Shown here: piece after piece, positions 1-8,874 of the stretch
Layout: each line of letters begins with the position of its first letter
How positions within the stretch are numbered: position 1 is the stretch's first letter
Assembly (NCBI GenBank): GCA_016870395.1
Contig: VGBT01000004.1
Coordinates: 64,013-128,012, forward strand
Length of the DNA stretch: 64,000 nt
Source: Actinomycetota bacterium
Lineage (GTDB): Bacteria; Actinomycetota; Acidimicrobiia; IMCC26256; JAENVU01
Reading direction: 5' to 3'
Program-made: the position numbers and the translations under genes
Notes under the pieces: model-generated
Told to the model about the DNA's origin: nothing
The model's database searches: none
What the model saw: the letters and a program-made list of their open reading frames with translations, nothing else

Positions 1-504
1 CACGTGCGCCAGCGCCACGGCGAAGTCCTCGAGGCTCGCGCGGCGGTCGTTCCAACACCCGAGCCGCGCGCTCATCGCCGCGGTGATGAACGGCTCGTTG
101 ACCGGCGTGAACCACTGCGGTTCGCGGTACCGGGCCAGAAATGCATCGACGTAGCGCCGGAAGCCGTCGACCCACGCCGGGTCGCAGAACCCGGGGTAGT
201 GATCGGGCAGGCCGAAGTGGCAGAGGTCCACGATCGGCACGAGCCCGGCCCGGTCGCACGCCGCGAGCGCGCGGTCCCAGAGCGTCCAGTCGTAGGTGCC
301 CGGCTCGGGCTCGGTCTCCCGCCACGGCATCCCGTAGCGCCACCAGCGCACTCCGAGCGCGGCTACGGCGGCCAGGTCGGCGTCCTGGTGTTCGAGGTGG
401 CGGCTGGCCGCGAGCTCGTCGACGCGCACCACCCTGCCCTCGTGGAGCACGAGCGGGTCCGAAGCCTCCTCGCCACAGGCGACGACGAAGGCGGGCAGCT
501 CCAT
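1..504 (-). CDS. Glycoside hydrolase family 1-like protein, N-terminal 168 aa (runs off the window start)
   Basis: Absent from the ORF track because it has no stop in the window. My minus-strand translation from ATG 504 reads MELPAFVVACGEE...GVRWWRYGMPWRETEPEPGTYDWTLWD...LCHFGLPDHYPGF...FTPVNEPFITA. The TPVNEP acid/base motif and overall pattern are typical of GH1. An in-frame stop lies 3 codons upstream of the ATG. Confidence 0.7.
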   Translation of the reverse strand, partial: MELPAFVVACGEEASDPLVLHEGRVVRVDELAASRHLEHQDADLAAVAALGVRWWRYGMPWRETEPEPGTYDWTLWDRALAACDRAGLVPIVDLCHFGLPDHYPGFCDPAWVDGFRRYVDAFLARYREPQWFTPVNEPFITAAMSARLGCWNDRRASLEDFAVALAHV

Positions 505-579
505 CCCCGTCGTCTACCACGCACCGGACCGGGTTGGTGATCCAAACCGTCGTAGTGACCGGCTCGGTCACCAACGCGG

Positions 580-852
580 CTACTCGTCGATGGCGTCGCC
601 GCGGCGGTCGATCTCGCGCTGGATCTGGTCCTCGGTGATCGGCTTCTGGCCGAAGACCGCCCAGGCGTGCCACACGATCCCGAAGCCCCAGCCGAGCATC
701 ACCCAGATGGGCCAGAAGTAGCCCGCACCCGTCACCGCCCAGATGCCGACCAGCATCAGGTTCACCACGACGTACGACACCAGGCTGGCGGCGAACCCGC
801 GCTTCGCCTTCAGGCGCCGGATCGCGGCGTCACGCTTCGCATCGTCGGTCAT
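580..852 (-). CDS. 2TM-domain small membrane protein
   Basis: Plausible C-terminal 90 aa of ORF 580..1464: MTDDAKRDAAIRRLKAKRGFAASLVSYVVVNLMLVGIWAVTGAGYFWPIWVMLGWGFGIVWHAW. It has two hydrophobic helices. The upstream part of the long ORF is Arg/Pro-rich junk that overlaps the SDR gene. Confidence 0.7.
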   Translation of the reverse strand: MTDDAKRDAAIRRLKAKRGFAASLVSYVVVNLMLVGIWAVTGAGYFWPIWVMLGWGFGIVWHAWAVFGQKPITEDQIQREIDRRGDAIDE

Positions 853-904
853 GGCAGCAATTCTTGCACGGGCCTCGGCCCACCGGGGTGATGCCCGCCA
901 CGGC

Positions 905-1675
905 TCAGATCGCGTCGGGACGCAGCAGCGCGTCGATGCCCCCGTCCACGAACACGATCGACCCGTGCACGTACGCCGCGGCCGGCGACAGGAGGAACTC
1001 CACCACGGACGCGACCTCGTCGGGCGTCCCGGGCCGCCCGGTGGGTACCGGCAACGCCTCGATCGCCGGGCCGAAGACCGGGTCCTCGCGGCCCGCCTGG
1101 AGCAACGGGCTCTCGAACGGTCCGGGCGCCACCGCGTTGACGCGCACCCCGGCGGCGCCCCACTCCGTGACCCGTCGCCGCACGGCCCGGGCCACCGCGA
1201 CCTTCGACGACGCATACACCGTGTTGCCGGCGAGATCGGTGGCCCGGGCACGGGCTCCGGCCTCCTCACCCGCGAGGCACGCGTCGACGAGCGCGGCGTC
1301 GACGGTGGGGTCGATGGTGGTGGAGTTCGACGAGATCGCGACGGCAGCCGCCGGGGCACCCGCGCGGAGCGCGCCGAAGCAGCCGTCGAGGAAGGCGGCG
1401 AACCCGAAGTAGTTGACCGACGCGATGAGCGCGTGGTCGGGCACCTGCGGACCGAGTCCGGCACAGGGCACCAGCCCGTGCAGCGTCCCGCCGCACGCGC
1501 CGAGCACGGCGCCGAGCGCAGCGGCGCGGCCGTCCGCGCCCGAGAGGTCGGCGACCACGTCGGCGTCGTGCAGGTCGACGCCGATCACCGTCGCGCCGGC
1601 GGCCCGCATTCGGGCCGCGACCGCGGCACCCAGGCCGGAAGCCGACCCCGTCACCGCGATCATCCGCTCACCCAT
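905..1675 (-). CDS. SDR family oxidoreductase
   Basis: MIAVTGSASGLG Rossmann motif, YASSK active-site motif, NAVAPGP. The start could be 1663 or 1675. Confidence 0.85.
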   Translation of the reverse strand: MGERMIAVTGSASGLGAAVAARMRAAGATVIGVDLHDADVVADLSGADGRAAALGAVLGACGGTLHGLVPCAGLGPQVPDHALIASVNYFGFAAFLDGCFGALRAGAPAAAVAISSNSTTIDPTVDAALVDACLAGEEAGARARATDLAGNTVYASSKVAVARAVRRRVTEWGAAGVRVNAVAPGPFESPLLQAGREDPVFGPAIEALPVPTGRPGTPDEVASVVEFLLSPAAAYVHGSIVFVDGGIDALLRPDAI

Positions 1676-1721
1676 CGCTGCTCCTCCTCGTCGATCCCAT
1701 GCCACACAGGGGGTGGGGGCG

Positions 1722-2654
1722 TCACTTGGTTGCGGTCGGGGCGACGAGGCCGCCGCAGCCGTGCGTCACCGGCAGCGGTGTCGCGCTCAGCAGGAACTCG
1801 TACACGCCGTCGCTCGCGCAGTCGGCCGCGAGCTCGTCGAGATCCCACTGCTGGCCCTGGGGCATCCCGACGTCGCGCAGCTCGATCATGTGCACCGGGA
1901 ACAGGAAAGGGTTCGCACCCGGGCACGGGTACGGCTCGAACACGTGCGTGTCGTTCGCGATGGCCGCGACGTCGTGGTCGTGCAGCCACTCCACGGCGTC
2001 GAGCCCGATGCCCGGCGAGATGTCGGCGTACCGTTCGCGCTCGCCCACGCGCAGCCAGTGCATCTGGCCCGTACGCACCAGCACGACGTCGCCCGGCTCC
2101 ACCGTGAGGCCGGCTCCGGCCACGCAGCCGTCGAGGTCGCCGCCTGTGATCGCGTGCGGCTCCTCGAACCAGTCGACGCCCTTGAGCCGAGCCACGTCGC
2201 AGAGCACGCCGCGGGTCACCAGCGGCCCGAAATGCTCGATCCCCAGCTTGGTCGCGCCGTGCTCCATCGAGATCGTGTCCGCGGGAACACCGTTGTAGAG
2301 CAGCCTGTCGTACCCGGCGTGCGCGAGCGCGTCCCAATGGGTGGCCGACTGCAGTCCGGTCTCGACCTTGTCGTCGCTCGTCGCGAAGTCGCCCGGGTCC
2401 CCCGTGAACGCGTACGACGCGACGAGCGTCGTGTGCTTCGGGTTCTCGCGTCCGAGCACGCGCCCGGTCTGGGGGCCGTGCTGGTCCATCGGAATCGACA
2501 GCGAGAAGGTGACACCTCGGCGAACGGCCGCGGCCCCGCGGCGCACCGCCGCGGCGTCGACCAGGTTGAGCGTCCCCCGCTGGTCGTCTGGACCCCATCG
2601 GCCCCAGTTGGACACCCGCGCCGCGAGCGCCCGCTGCTCCTCGTCGAGCGGCAC
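1722..2654 (-). CDS. Cyclase family protein (kynurenine-formamidase-like fold)
   Basis: 310-aa ORF with GTLNLV, HWDALAH and VLVRTG blocks typical of putative cyclases. It is tightly packed between the acyl-CoA ligase and the SDR. Confidence 0.75.
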   Translation of the reverse strand: MPLDEEQRALAARVSNWGRWGPDDQRGTLNLVDAAAVRRGAAAVRRGVTFSLSIPMDQHGPQTGRVLGRENPKHTTLVASYAFTGDPGDFATSDDKVETGLQSATHWDALAHAGYDRLLYNGVPADTISMEHGATKLGIEHFGPLVTRGVLCDVARLKGVDWFEEPHAITGGDLDGCVAGAGLTVEPGDVVLVRTGQMHWLRVGERERYADISPGIGLDAVEWLHDHDVAAIANDTHVFEPYPCPGANPFLFPVHMIELRDVGMPQGQQWDLDELAADCASDGVYEFLLSATPLPVTHGCGGLVAPTATK

Positions 2655-2663
2655 CGGCCTACC

Positions 2664-4241
2664 TCACGCGTCCGCGTACTGCTTGCGCAGCTCGTGCTTG
2701 AGCACCTTGCCGGTGGGATTGCGCGGGAGCACGTCGACGATCTCGAGCTGCTCCGGGATCTTCTGCACCATCAGCCCCGCGTCTTTCAGGAACGCGAAGA
2801 GCTCCGCCAGCGCGAGTGGGTCCGCTGGGTCGGCGGGCACGATGACGGCGCAGGCCCGCTCACCCGAACGTGGGTCGGGCAGGCCGATCACCGCGGCGTC
2901 GGCGACCTTCGGGTGCGTGAAGAGCAGGTCTTCGACCTCCTTGGCCGAGATGTTCTCGCCCTTGCGGATGATCACGTCCTTCAGCCGGCCGGTGATCGTG
3001 ACGTACCCGTCGGCGTCGACGGTGCCGAGGTCGCCGGTGCGGAAGTAGCCGTCTTCGTCGAACGCGTCGGCGTCGAGCGAGCTGTCGAGGTAGCCGAGGC
3101 AGAGCTGGGGGCCCTTCACGCGGATCTCTCCCTCCTCACCGCGGCCCACGACCTTCCCCTCGATCGTGACGACCTTGACGTCGATGCCGGCCGTGAGCGG
3201 GCCCTCGGTGTTGGCGAGCTGGTCGTCGGTGTCGGTGATGCGCGCCATCGAGAGGATCGGGCACTCGGTGAGCCCGTAGCCGGAGAGGATCCCGATCCCT
3301 CCCAGCTCGGCCTTCACGTCGTAGTGCAGCTGCGGCGGCTTGGCCGCGCCACCGCCCACGAAGATCCGCGCCTCCGGGAACAGCGGGTGGTCCGCCGCTC
3401 GCTGCGCGTCGAGGTACGCGAGGTGGAACACCGTCCCCGCACCCGCGATCGTCACCCGCTCGCGCTCGAGCACGGGGATCGTGGAGGCGGGCACGAATCC
3501 CTCCACGATCACCTGCGGCGTGCCTGCGATGAGACCCGCGAACAGCCAGCCGGCCCCGCCGATGTGCGTGAACGGGAACACGAGTGCGTTGCGGTCGTCG
3601 GGCAAGAGCCCGAACGCGTCGACCATCGCGAATCCCGACGCGGCGACGGTCATGTCGGTGTGCTTCGCACCCTTGGGATCCGCGGTGGTGCCCGACGTGT
3701 AGAAGAGCCAGCGCACCGGCGCATCGATGCGAACGCCCGGGGTGTACGTCGTGGCCGCGCCGGCAGGGACGGCCGGCAGCGTCGCCGGGTCGGCGTCGGG
3801 CAGCCCGTCACGCTCGACCACCATCGCCTCGAGGCCGGGCGTCTCCGCCGCGATCGAACCGGCCATCGCACCGAAGTCGAAGCCTCGCCACTCCCCCGGC
3901 ACCAGCAGCAACTTGGACCCGGCCTGTCGCACCGCGAACGCGACCTCGCGCTCGCGGTAGATCGGCAGGATCGGGTTCTGCACGACACCGAGGCGCGCGA
4001 GCGCAGCCACGAGGACCATCGACTCGAGCCACGTCGGCAGCTGCCAGGACACGACGTCGCCCTCGCCCAGGCCGAGCGCACGGAATCCGGCCGCGGCGCG
4101 CTCGGCCGCGTCGCGATACTCCGCGAAGGTCAGCGAGCGCCCGTCTTCGTCGATCGCGAAGCGCGCGTCGGGTGTCGAGGCCGCGCGCCGCGCGACCAGA
4201 TCCCAGAGCGACGTCCAGGCAAGCAGCGGATCGTGGCTCAT
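2664..4241 (-). CDS. AMP-dependent acyl-CoA synthetase/ligase
   Basis: Motifs YTSGTTADPKG, GYGLTE, TGDLG and RxKD. Start taken at MSHDPLL (ATG 4241), because the ORF extension is Arg/Ser junk. Confidence 0.9.
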   Translation of the reverse strand: MSHDPLLAWTSLWDLVARRAASTPDARFAIDEDGRSLTFAEYRDAAERAAAGFRALGLGEGDVVSWQLPTWLESMVLVAALARLGVVQNPILPIYREREVAFAVRQAGSKLLLVPGEWRGFDFGAMAGSIAAETPGLEAMVVERDGLPDADPATLPAVPAGAATTYTPGVRIDAPVRWLFYTSGTTADPKGAKHTDMTVAASGFAMVDAFGLLPDDRNALVFPFTHIGGAGWLFAGLIAGTPQVIVEGFVPASTIPVLERERVTIAGAGTVFHLAYLDAQRAADHPLFPEARIFVGGGAAKPPQLHYDVKAELGGIGILSGYGLTECPILSMARITDTDDQLANTEGPLTAGIDVKVVTIEGKVVGRGEEGEIRVKGPQLCLGYLDSSLDADAFDEDGYFRTGDLGTVDADGYVTITGRLKDVIIRKGENISAKEVEDLLFTHPKVADAAVIGLPDPRSGERACAVIVPADPADPLALAELFAFLKDAGLMVQKIPEQLEIVDVLPRNPTGKVLKHELRKQYADA

Positions 4242-4245
4242 GCGC

Positions 4246-5025
4246 TCACTCCTTGGGCTTCGGGAACCCGCCGCCGTACGCGACGAGCCCGCCGTCGATC
4301 GAGACGATCGAGCCGACCATGTAGCGCGCGTCATCGGAGGCGACGTACGCCACGCACGCGGCCACCTCCTCGGGCTCGGAGACCCCGAGCTTGGACATCA
4401 CCGGCCGGAGCAGATCGAGATCCGCGTCTTCGGGGAGCCGGAAGCCCTTGGTCAGCGGTGTGCGCATCCCGCCGGGCGCGACCGCGTTGACCCGAACACC
4501 CTGGTCGACGTACTCGACCGCGAGCGCGCGGGTGAGGTTGATGACGCCCCCCTTCGAGGCGCAATAGGCGGCCGAGAACGGCTGGCCCATGAGTCCTGCG
4601 TTCGACGCGATGTTGACGATGGTCCCGCCGCCGTCGAGGAGATGGGGCAACGTGAACCGGCACATCAAAAACGTGCCCGTGAGGTTCACCGCCACGATCG
4701 CGGCCCAGCGAACCGGGTCCTCCTCCTCGGAGCGCGAAAAGCCACCGATCCCCGCCGAGTTGACGAGCATTTGCGGCCGACCCAGACCGGCGGCGACCGC
4801 CGCCACCGCGGCCTCGACCGATCCCGGGTCGCTCACGTCGCAAGCGAACGCGCTGGCGGAGCCCCCGGCGTCGACGATCTCGGCGGCCACGGCATCGGCG
4901 GCATCGGCCGCGAGGTCGAGCACCCCGACCGGCGCGCCCTCCTCGGCCAGCAGCCGCGCCGTGGCCCGGCCCAACCCCGACCCACCTCCGGTCACGATCG
5001 CGACCCGACCCTCGAAACGGCCCAT
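4246..5025 (-). CDS. SDR family oxidoreductase (FabG-like)
   Basis: Motifs VAIVTGGGSGLG, NSAG, YCASKGG and NAVAPG. Confidence 0.9.
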   Translation of the reverse strand: MGRFEGRVAIVTGGGSGLGRATARLLAEEGAPVGVLDLAADAADAVAAEIVDAGGSASAFACDVSDPGSVEAAVAAVAAGLGRPQMLVNSAGIGGFSRSEEEDPVRWAAIVAVNLTGTFLMCRFTLPHLLDGGGTIVNIASNAGLMGQPFSAAYCASKGGVINLTRALAVEYVDQGVRVNAVAPGGMRTPLTKGFRLPEDADLDLLRPVMSKLGVSEPEEVAACVAYVASDDARYMVGSIVSIDGGLVAYGGGFPKPKE

Positions 5026-5065
5026 GAACCCCCCCTCGATGCGCCCGAATCGGGCCCGACGAGCG

Positions 5066-5086
5066 AATCTAACGCGGCGTCAGATT
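5066..5086. promoter_or_regulatory. Palindromic operator candidate AATCTAACG-CGG-CGTCAGATT
   Basis: 8/9 inverted repeat centred about 51 nt upstream of the SDR start at 5025. The right half-site is identical to the one at 30910-30918. Confidence 0.45.
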
Positions 5087-5109
5087 TCTTTGCCACGGGA
5101 GCCCGCGGC

Positions 5110-5511
5110 TCAGCGATCGAGAAAGAAGAGCGCGGCGGTCCGCGCCTCGGTCAGGGAAAGCTGCCAGCCTGCGACGTCGACGATGGGATCGGCGCCGAAG
5201 TTCGACACCACCGCCGCGCCGAGCTCGCGGCGAAGGTCGTCGGCCGTGGCATCGGTCAGCCACCGGTCTCGATCGGATCCTCGGGGCGCCAACGCCCGCG
5301 CGATCCCCGCCGGGTTGCGACCGACGCGGCGTCGCCGCACAGCCCCGCGCCGATCCGCTCCATCGCCCGCTTCGTGGGGAACAGGTCCGGAAGTGCCCCT
5401 AGCGTGTCCGTCGCCGCGGAGCGCCGATCCGGTGATGTGCGCGAGAGTTGCGGCAGCGGCACCGAGCGCCGCACCCAACCCCAGGAACGTACGTCGATCG
5501 ACCGCCCTCAT
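5110..5511 (-). CDS. Tat-signal small protein, partner of the GMC oxidoreductase; possibly frameshifted itself
   Basis: MRAVDRRTFLGLGAALGAAAA twin-arginine signal. Its ATG overlaps the GMC remnant's stop (ATGA). The middle third is Arg/Gly-rich, while an alternative frame (5256..5474) reads more protein-like (LPDLFPTKRAMERIGAGL). Confidence 0.45.
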   Translation of the reverse strand: MRAVDRRTFLGLGAALGAAAATLAHITGSALRGDGHARGTSGPVPHEAGDGADRRGAVRRRRVGRNPAGIARALAPRGSDRDRWLTDATADDLRRELGAAVVSNFGADPIVDVAGWQLSLTEARTAALFFLDR

Positions 5512-6373
5512 CGGAGGCCCAGCCGCGCGAGATGATCCGCGAGTCGGAGCGCGAGCGCCACGATCGTCAGCGTCGGGTTGGAGATGCCGGCCGTCGGGAA
5601 CACCGACGACGACGCGACGTAGAGGTTGGCCGTGCCGAACACCTTGAGATCCTGGTCCACGACGCCTGAGGGCGCATGCCCGCGTGCAACGCGCCGACGT
5701 CACGAGCGTTCGGCGATTCGCTCACCATCGCCTGCGGCGTCAGCGTCCAAAGTGCTCGGAGGTTCTGGAGGACGCCGCCGAGATACACCTGCGGAACGCT
5801 GAGAGCAGGACGTCGACGTTCGCCGACCGGGCGAGCTCCTGGCGATACACCCCACCGGAGCGCGTCGGGGGGCTGAGCCGCCACATCGCGCCGGTCACGC
5901 GCTCGGTGTCGAGGACGGGCTCGAAGCCAAGCCCGGGGAGCACGGACCTCCAGTAGGCCCAGTCCCACGACCACCCTGCCGGGTCCGCGGGAAGCTGGAC
6001 CACCTCCGCGGCGCGCCTGTAGAAGGGGGCCAGCTCGTCGTGCCCGACAGGCCAGAGACCGGAGCCACCCAAGGCCGCTCGGCAAACGTCCAGGGACCAA
6101 GGGTCCGGCACCAGCCGCCCCAGTGATTGGTGGCACCGCCCAGATACCGGAGGTAGGCCAGGTCAGCCGGGTGCTCCTCGTCGCCCGAGACCACCTCTCC
6201 GAGCTCCTGAACCGGTTGTCGATACTGCTCTCCCCAATCTCGAGCAGGGTCACGTGCAGCGGTCCACCAGCGAGAGCGCGGGCGACCGTGATGCCGGCCG
6301 CTCCGCCCCCGATGACCAGCACATCGGTGCGCCGCTCTGCGCCGCGGGATACGTCGGCTGCATCGCGCAACAT
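5508..6373 (-). pseudogene. GMC family oxidoreductase remnant (multiple frameshifts plus a large internal deletion)
   Basis: The N-terminus DVLVIGGGAAGITVARAL..LLEIGE is in one frame. YLGGATNHWGGWCRTLGPWTFAERPWV is in a second frame. GLWPVGHDELAPFYRRAAEVV is in a third. The C-terminus GVVDQDLKVFGTANLYVASSSVFPTAGISNPTLTIVALALRLADHL is in a fourth. The total span is only about 288 codons, versus about 500+ expected for GMC enzymes. Confidence 0.7.
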
Positions 6374-6473
6374 CGAGCGAGGCTATCTGCGCGGGATCCG
6401 CGACGGGCCGCGAGGAAGGCCCGTCACTTGGCCATGCCCTACCGTCACCGACCGTGTCGTAGGGTCCCTGGCC

Positions 6474-7970
6474 GTGACCGGGCCCCGCCACACCGCCGCG
6501 CTGCTGCGACGCGCGGCGCGGACCCACCCGGACCGCCAGGCCTACGTGCACGGCGAGAAGGACGCGACCTACGCGTGGCTCGACCGAGCCGCCGACGGGT
6601 TCGCGGCCACCCTGATCGGCCTCGGAGTCGCCAAGGGCGACGTGGTGTGCCTCCTGCTCCCCAGCTCGATCAAGTTCGCCGCGTGCTACCTGGGCGCCCT
6701 GCGCGCGGGGGCGATCACGAGCGCGCTGAACCTGCGCCTGGGCGCCGCGGAGCAGGCCTCGGTCTTCCGGCGCACCAGGCCGAAAGTGACCGTCGTCGGC
6801 GACGGGGCCCGGGTGCCCGACGGCGTCGACCCGGGCCGGGTGGTTCCGGTCACCGACCTCGGACCCATGCTGAAGGCCGCAGCGCTAGCGGAGGACCGGC
6901 TGCCGGCGATCGGCCCGGACGACCCGGCCTGCGTCGTGTGGACGAGCGGGACCACCGGCGAGCCCAAGGGCGCCGTCTACGACCACGCGCGCATGGCCGC
7001 GATCAGCGCCAACATCGGCCAGCTCACCGAGCCCGGTGACCGGCGCCTCGTGGTGCTGCCCTTCGCACACGTCGGCTACATGACCCGAATGTGGGACGAG
7101 CTCGCCAGCGGCACCACGATCGTGCTCGCGGGCGAGCCGTGGTCGGCCGCTGAGACGCTGCGGATCATCCGCGACGAACGCATCACAATGGGCACCGGTG
7201 TTCCCACGCAATGGGAGCTGGTGCTCGCGCACCCCGACCTCGCGATCACCGACTTCTCGGCGCTGCGGGTGTGCGGCATCGGTGGCGCGGCCGTCTCCCC
7301 CGACCTCGTACGGCGCATGCGCGAGACGCTCGGCTGCCCGGTGCTCACGCGGTACACGAGCACCGAGGCCGGCGTCACCACCAGCACGACGGTCGGCGAC
7401 CCCGACGAGATCGTGGCGAACACGGTCGGGCGCCCTGCCCCCGAGGTGGAGCTGCGCATCGTGTCCCCGGATGTCCGAGGCGTCGAGCTGCCCCGGAGCC
7501 GGACCGGCGAGATCGTGTGCCGTTCCCCCGCCATGATGCGCGGCTACTGGCGGGACCCCGAGCTCACCGCGACCGTGATCGACGCCGACGGCTGGCTGCA
7601 CACAGGAGATCTCGGCTGGGTCGGCGACGACGGCAACCTGCGCATCGTCGGTCGCCTCAGGGAGATGTACAGCCGCGGCGGGTACAACGTGTACCCCGCC
7701 GAGGTCGAGGCGGTGCTCGCCGACCACCCCGCAGTGACGCAGGCTGCGGTGGTGGGCCTCGCCGACCCCGTGCTCGGCGAGATCGGCGGCGCGTTCGTCG
7801 TGGCGGCGGACCCCGCCACACCGCCGACGCTCGAAGAGCTACGCGCATGGTGTCGCGAGCGGATCGCGGACTACAAGGCTCCGGATCGGCTCTCGGTGAT
7901 GGAGGTGCTGCCGGTGACGGCGATGCACAAGGTCGACAAGCAGGCCCTGCAGGGGATGGGAGCAGACTGA
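6474..7970 (+). CDS. AMP-dependent acyl-CoA synthetase/ligase
   Basis: Motifs WTSGTTGEPKG, YTSTE, TGDLG and YKAP. Start set at the in-frame GTG 6474, ahead of TGPRHTAALLRRAARTHPD. Confidence 0.85.
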   Translation: MTGPRHTAALLRRAARTHPDRQAYVHGEKDATYAWLDRAADGFAATLIGLGVAKGDVVCLLLPSSIKFAACYLGALRAGAITSALNLRLGAAEQASVFRRTRPKVTVVGDGARVPDGVDPGRVVPVTDLGPMLKAAALAEDRLPAIGPDDPACVVWTSGTTGEPKGAVYDHARMAAISANIGQLTEPGDRRLVVLPFAHVGYMTRMWDELASGTTIVLAGEPWSAAETLRIIRDERITMGTGVPTQWELVLAHPDLAITDFSALRVCGIGGAAVSPDLVRRMRETLGCPVLTRYTSTEAGVTTSTTVGDPDEIVANTVGRPAPEVELRIVSPDVRGVELPRSRTGEIVCRSPAMMRGYWRDPELTATVIDADGWLHTGDLGWVGDDGNLRIVGRLREMYSRGGYNVYPAEVEAVLADHPAVTQAAVVGLADPVLGEIGGAFVVAADPATPPTLEELRAWCRERIADYKAPDRLSVMEVLPVTAMHKVDKQALQGMGAD

Positions 7971-7971
7971 A

Positions 7972-8766
7972 ATGGCGATTCAAGAAGTCGGATCCGGCGA
8001 CACACGCCAGAAGCCGATCAAGCTCGGTGGCGCGCTCGTGACGTTGGTCGAGCCGCACCGCGGGCACGAGGTGACGTACAACCGCTGGTACGAGCGCGAC
8101 CACTTCTATGCCGGCTGCATGATCGGCGCGTGGACCATCAGCGGCGCGCGCTACGTCGCGACCCGCGACCACAAGGCGGTCCGATTCCCGAGCGACTCCC
8201 CCGTCGTCCCCGACCCGACGTCGGGTTCGTACGTCGCGCTCTACTGGGTGCTGGCCGGCAAGTTCGGCGAGTGGATGCGTTGGGGCACCGACCAGGTCAA
8301 CTGGCTCCACGCCAACCACCGGATGTTCGAGCACCGCGACCACGTGCACACCACGATGTATCGGTTCAGGGGCGAGGGCCACGCGGATCCTGACGGTGTG
8401 CCGGTCGAGCTGGCGCTCGACCGTGGCTACCCGGGCCTGGTCATGATGATCGCCGAGCCCGCCGAGGGAGCCGACGCGGCCAGCGTCATCGCCTGGGCCA
8501 CCGAACGCACGCCGATGCCCGCGGACCAGGTGGCCGCGTTCATCCCGGTGCCCCTGCTCGCCGACGCACCCAAGGACGTGCCGCTGACCCCCGAAAGCGA
8601 GCGCGTCTGCCTCCTGTGGTTCTGCGTCGCCGACCCGCTCGAGACCTGGGACGACTTCATCGCGCTCGGCGACACCCTGGCCTCCGAGGGCGCCGGCCGC
8701 GTGCTCTTCGCGTCGCCGTTCGTCAAGACGATCCCCGGCACCGACACCTACACGGACAAGCTCTGA
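7972..8766 (+). CDS. Conserved hypothetical protein (no motif recognised)
   Basis: 264-aa ORF with ordinary composition. It starts 2 nt after the stop of the ligase gene. I recognise no family. Confidence 0.6.
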   Translation: MAIQEVGSGDTRQKPIKLGGALVTLVEPHRGHEVTYNRWYERDHFYAGCMIGAWTISGARYVATRDHKAVRFPSDSPVVPDPTSGSYVALYWVLAGKFGEWMRWGTDQVNWLHANHRMFEHRDHVHTTMYRFRGEGHADPDGVPVELALDRGYPGLVMMIAEPAEGADAASVIAWATERTPMPADQVAAFIPVPLLADAPKDVPLTPESERVCLLWFCVADPLETWDDFIALGDTLASEGAGRVLFASPFVKTIPGTDTYTDKL

Positions 8767-8844
8767 GCGGCCCGGACACGGGTTGGCTCGAGCCTGAGCA
8801 CCGGCCCGAGGTCACCGAGCGGCAGCATCGCCGAAGCCGCTCAG
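8763..8844. repeat. ~82-nt intergenic element, copy A (TIR CTGAGCGGC...GCCGCTCAG)
   Basis: Shares the blocks C[TC]GA[GA]CGNC-CCGGAC...CCTGAGCACCGG...GNCGCTCAG with copies at 26146-26228 and 53258-53339. The TGA stop of the preceding gene lies inside the left TIR. Confidence 0.7.
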
Positions 8845-8874
8845 CCAAGCTCTGAGCGCCCCGGCGCTTTGACG

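Noticed and set aside
4-540. 178-aa plus-strand ORF at the window start
   Set aside because: The opposite strand encodes a clean GH1-like N-terminus with the TPVNEP motif, whereas the plus-strand translation is Arg/Pro-rich junk.
1413-4490. 1025-aa plus-strand ORF, with similar giants at 19488..23522 (1344 aa), 39573..42581 (1002 aa), 39905..43021 (1038 aa) and most of 51320..55162 (1280 aa)
   Set aside because: These are Arg/Pro/Gly/Ala-rich, low-complexity translations lying antisense or out of frame to genes with clear enzyme motifs. They are the expected stop-poor shadow frames of very GC-rich DNA. Only the last ~268 codons of 51320..55162 (the PhyH gene) are real.
8763-8844. The 82-nt repeat as a conserved peptide-coding module (PEHRPEVTERQ / PEHRPKATEQP)
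   Set aside because: Copy C has a stop (TAA) right after the shared CCTGAGCACCGG block. Substitutions between A and B are not biased towards synonymous changes. Conservation follows base-pairing of the termini, not a reading frame.
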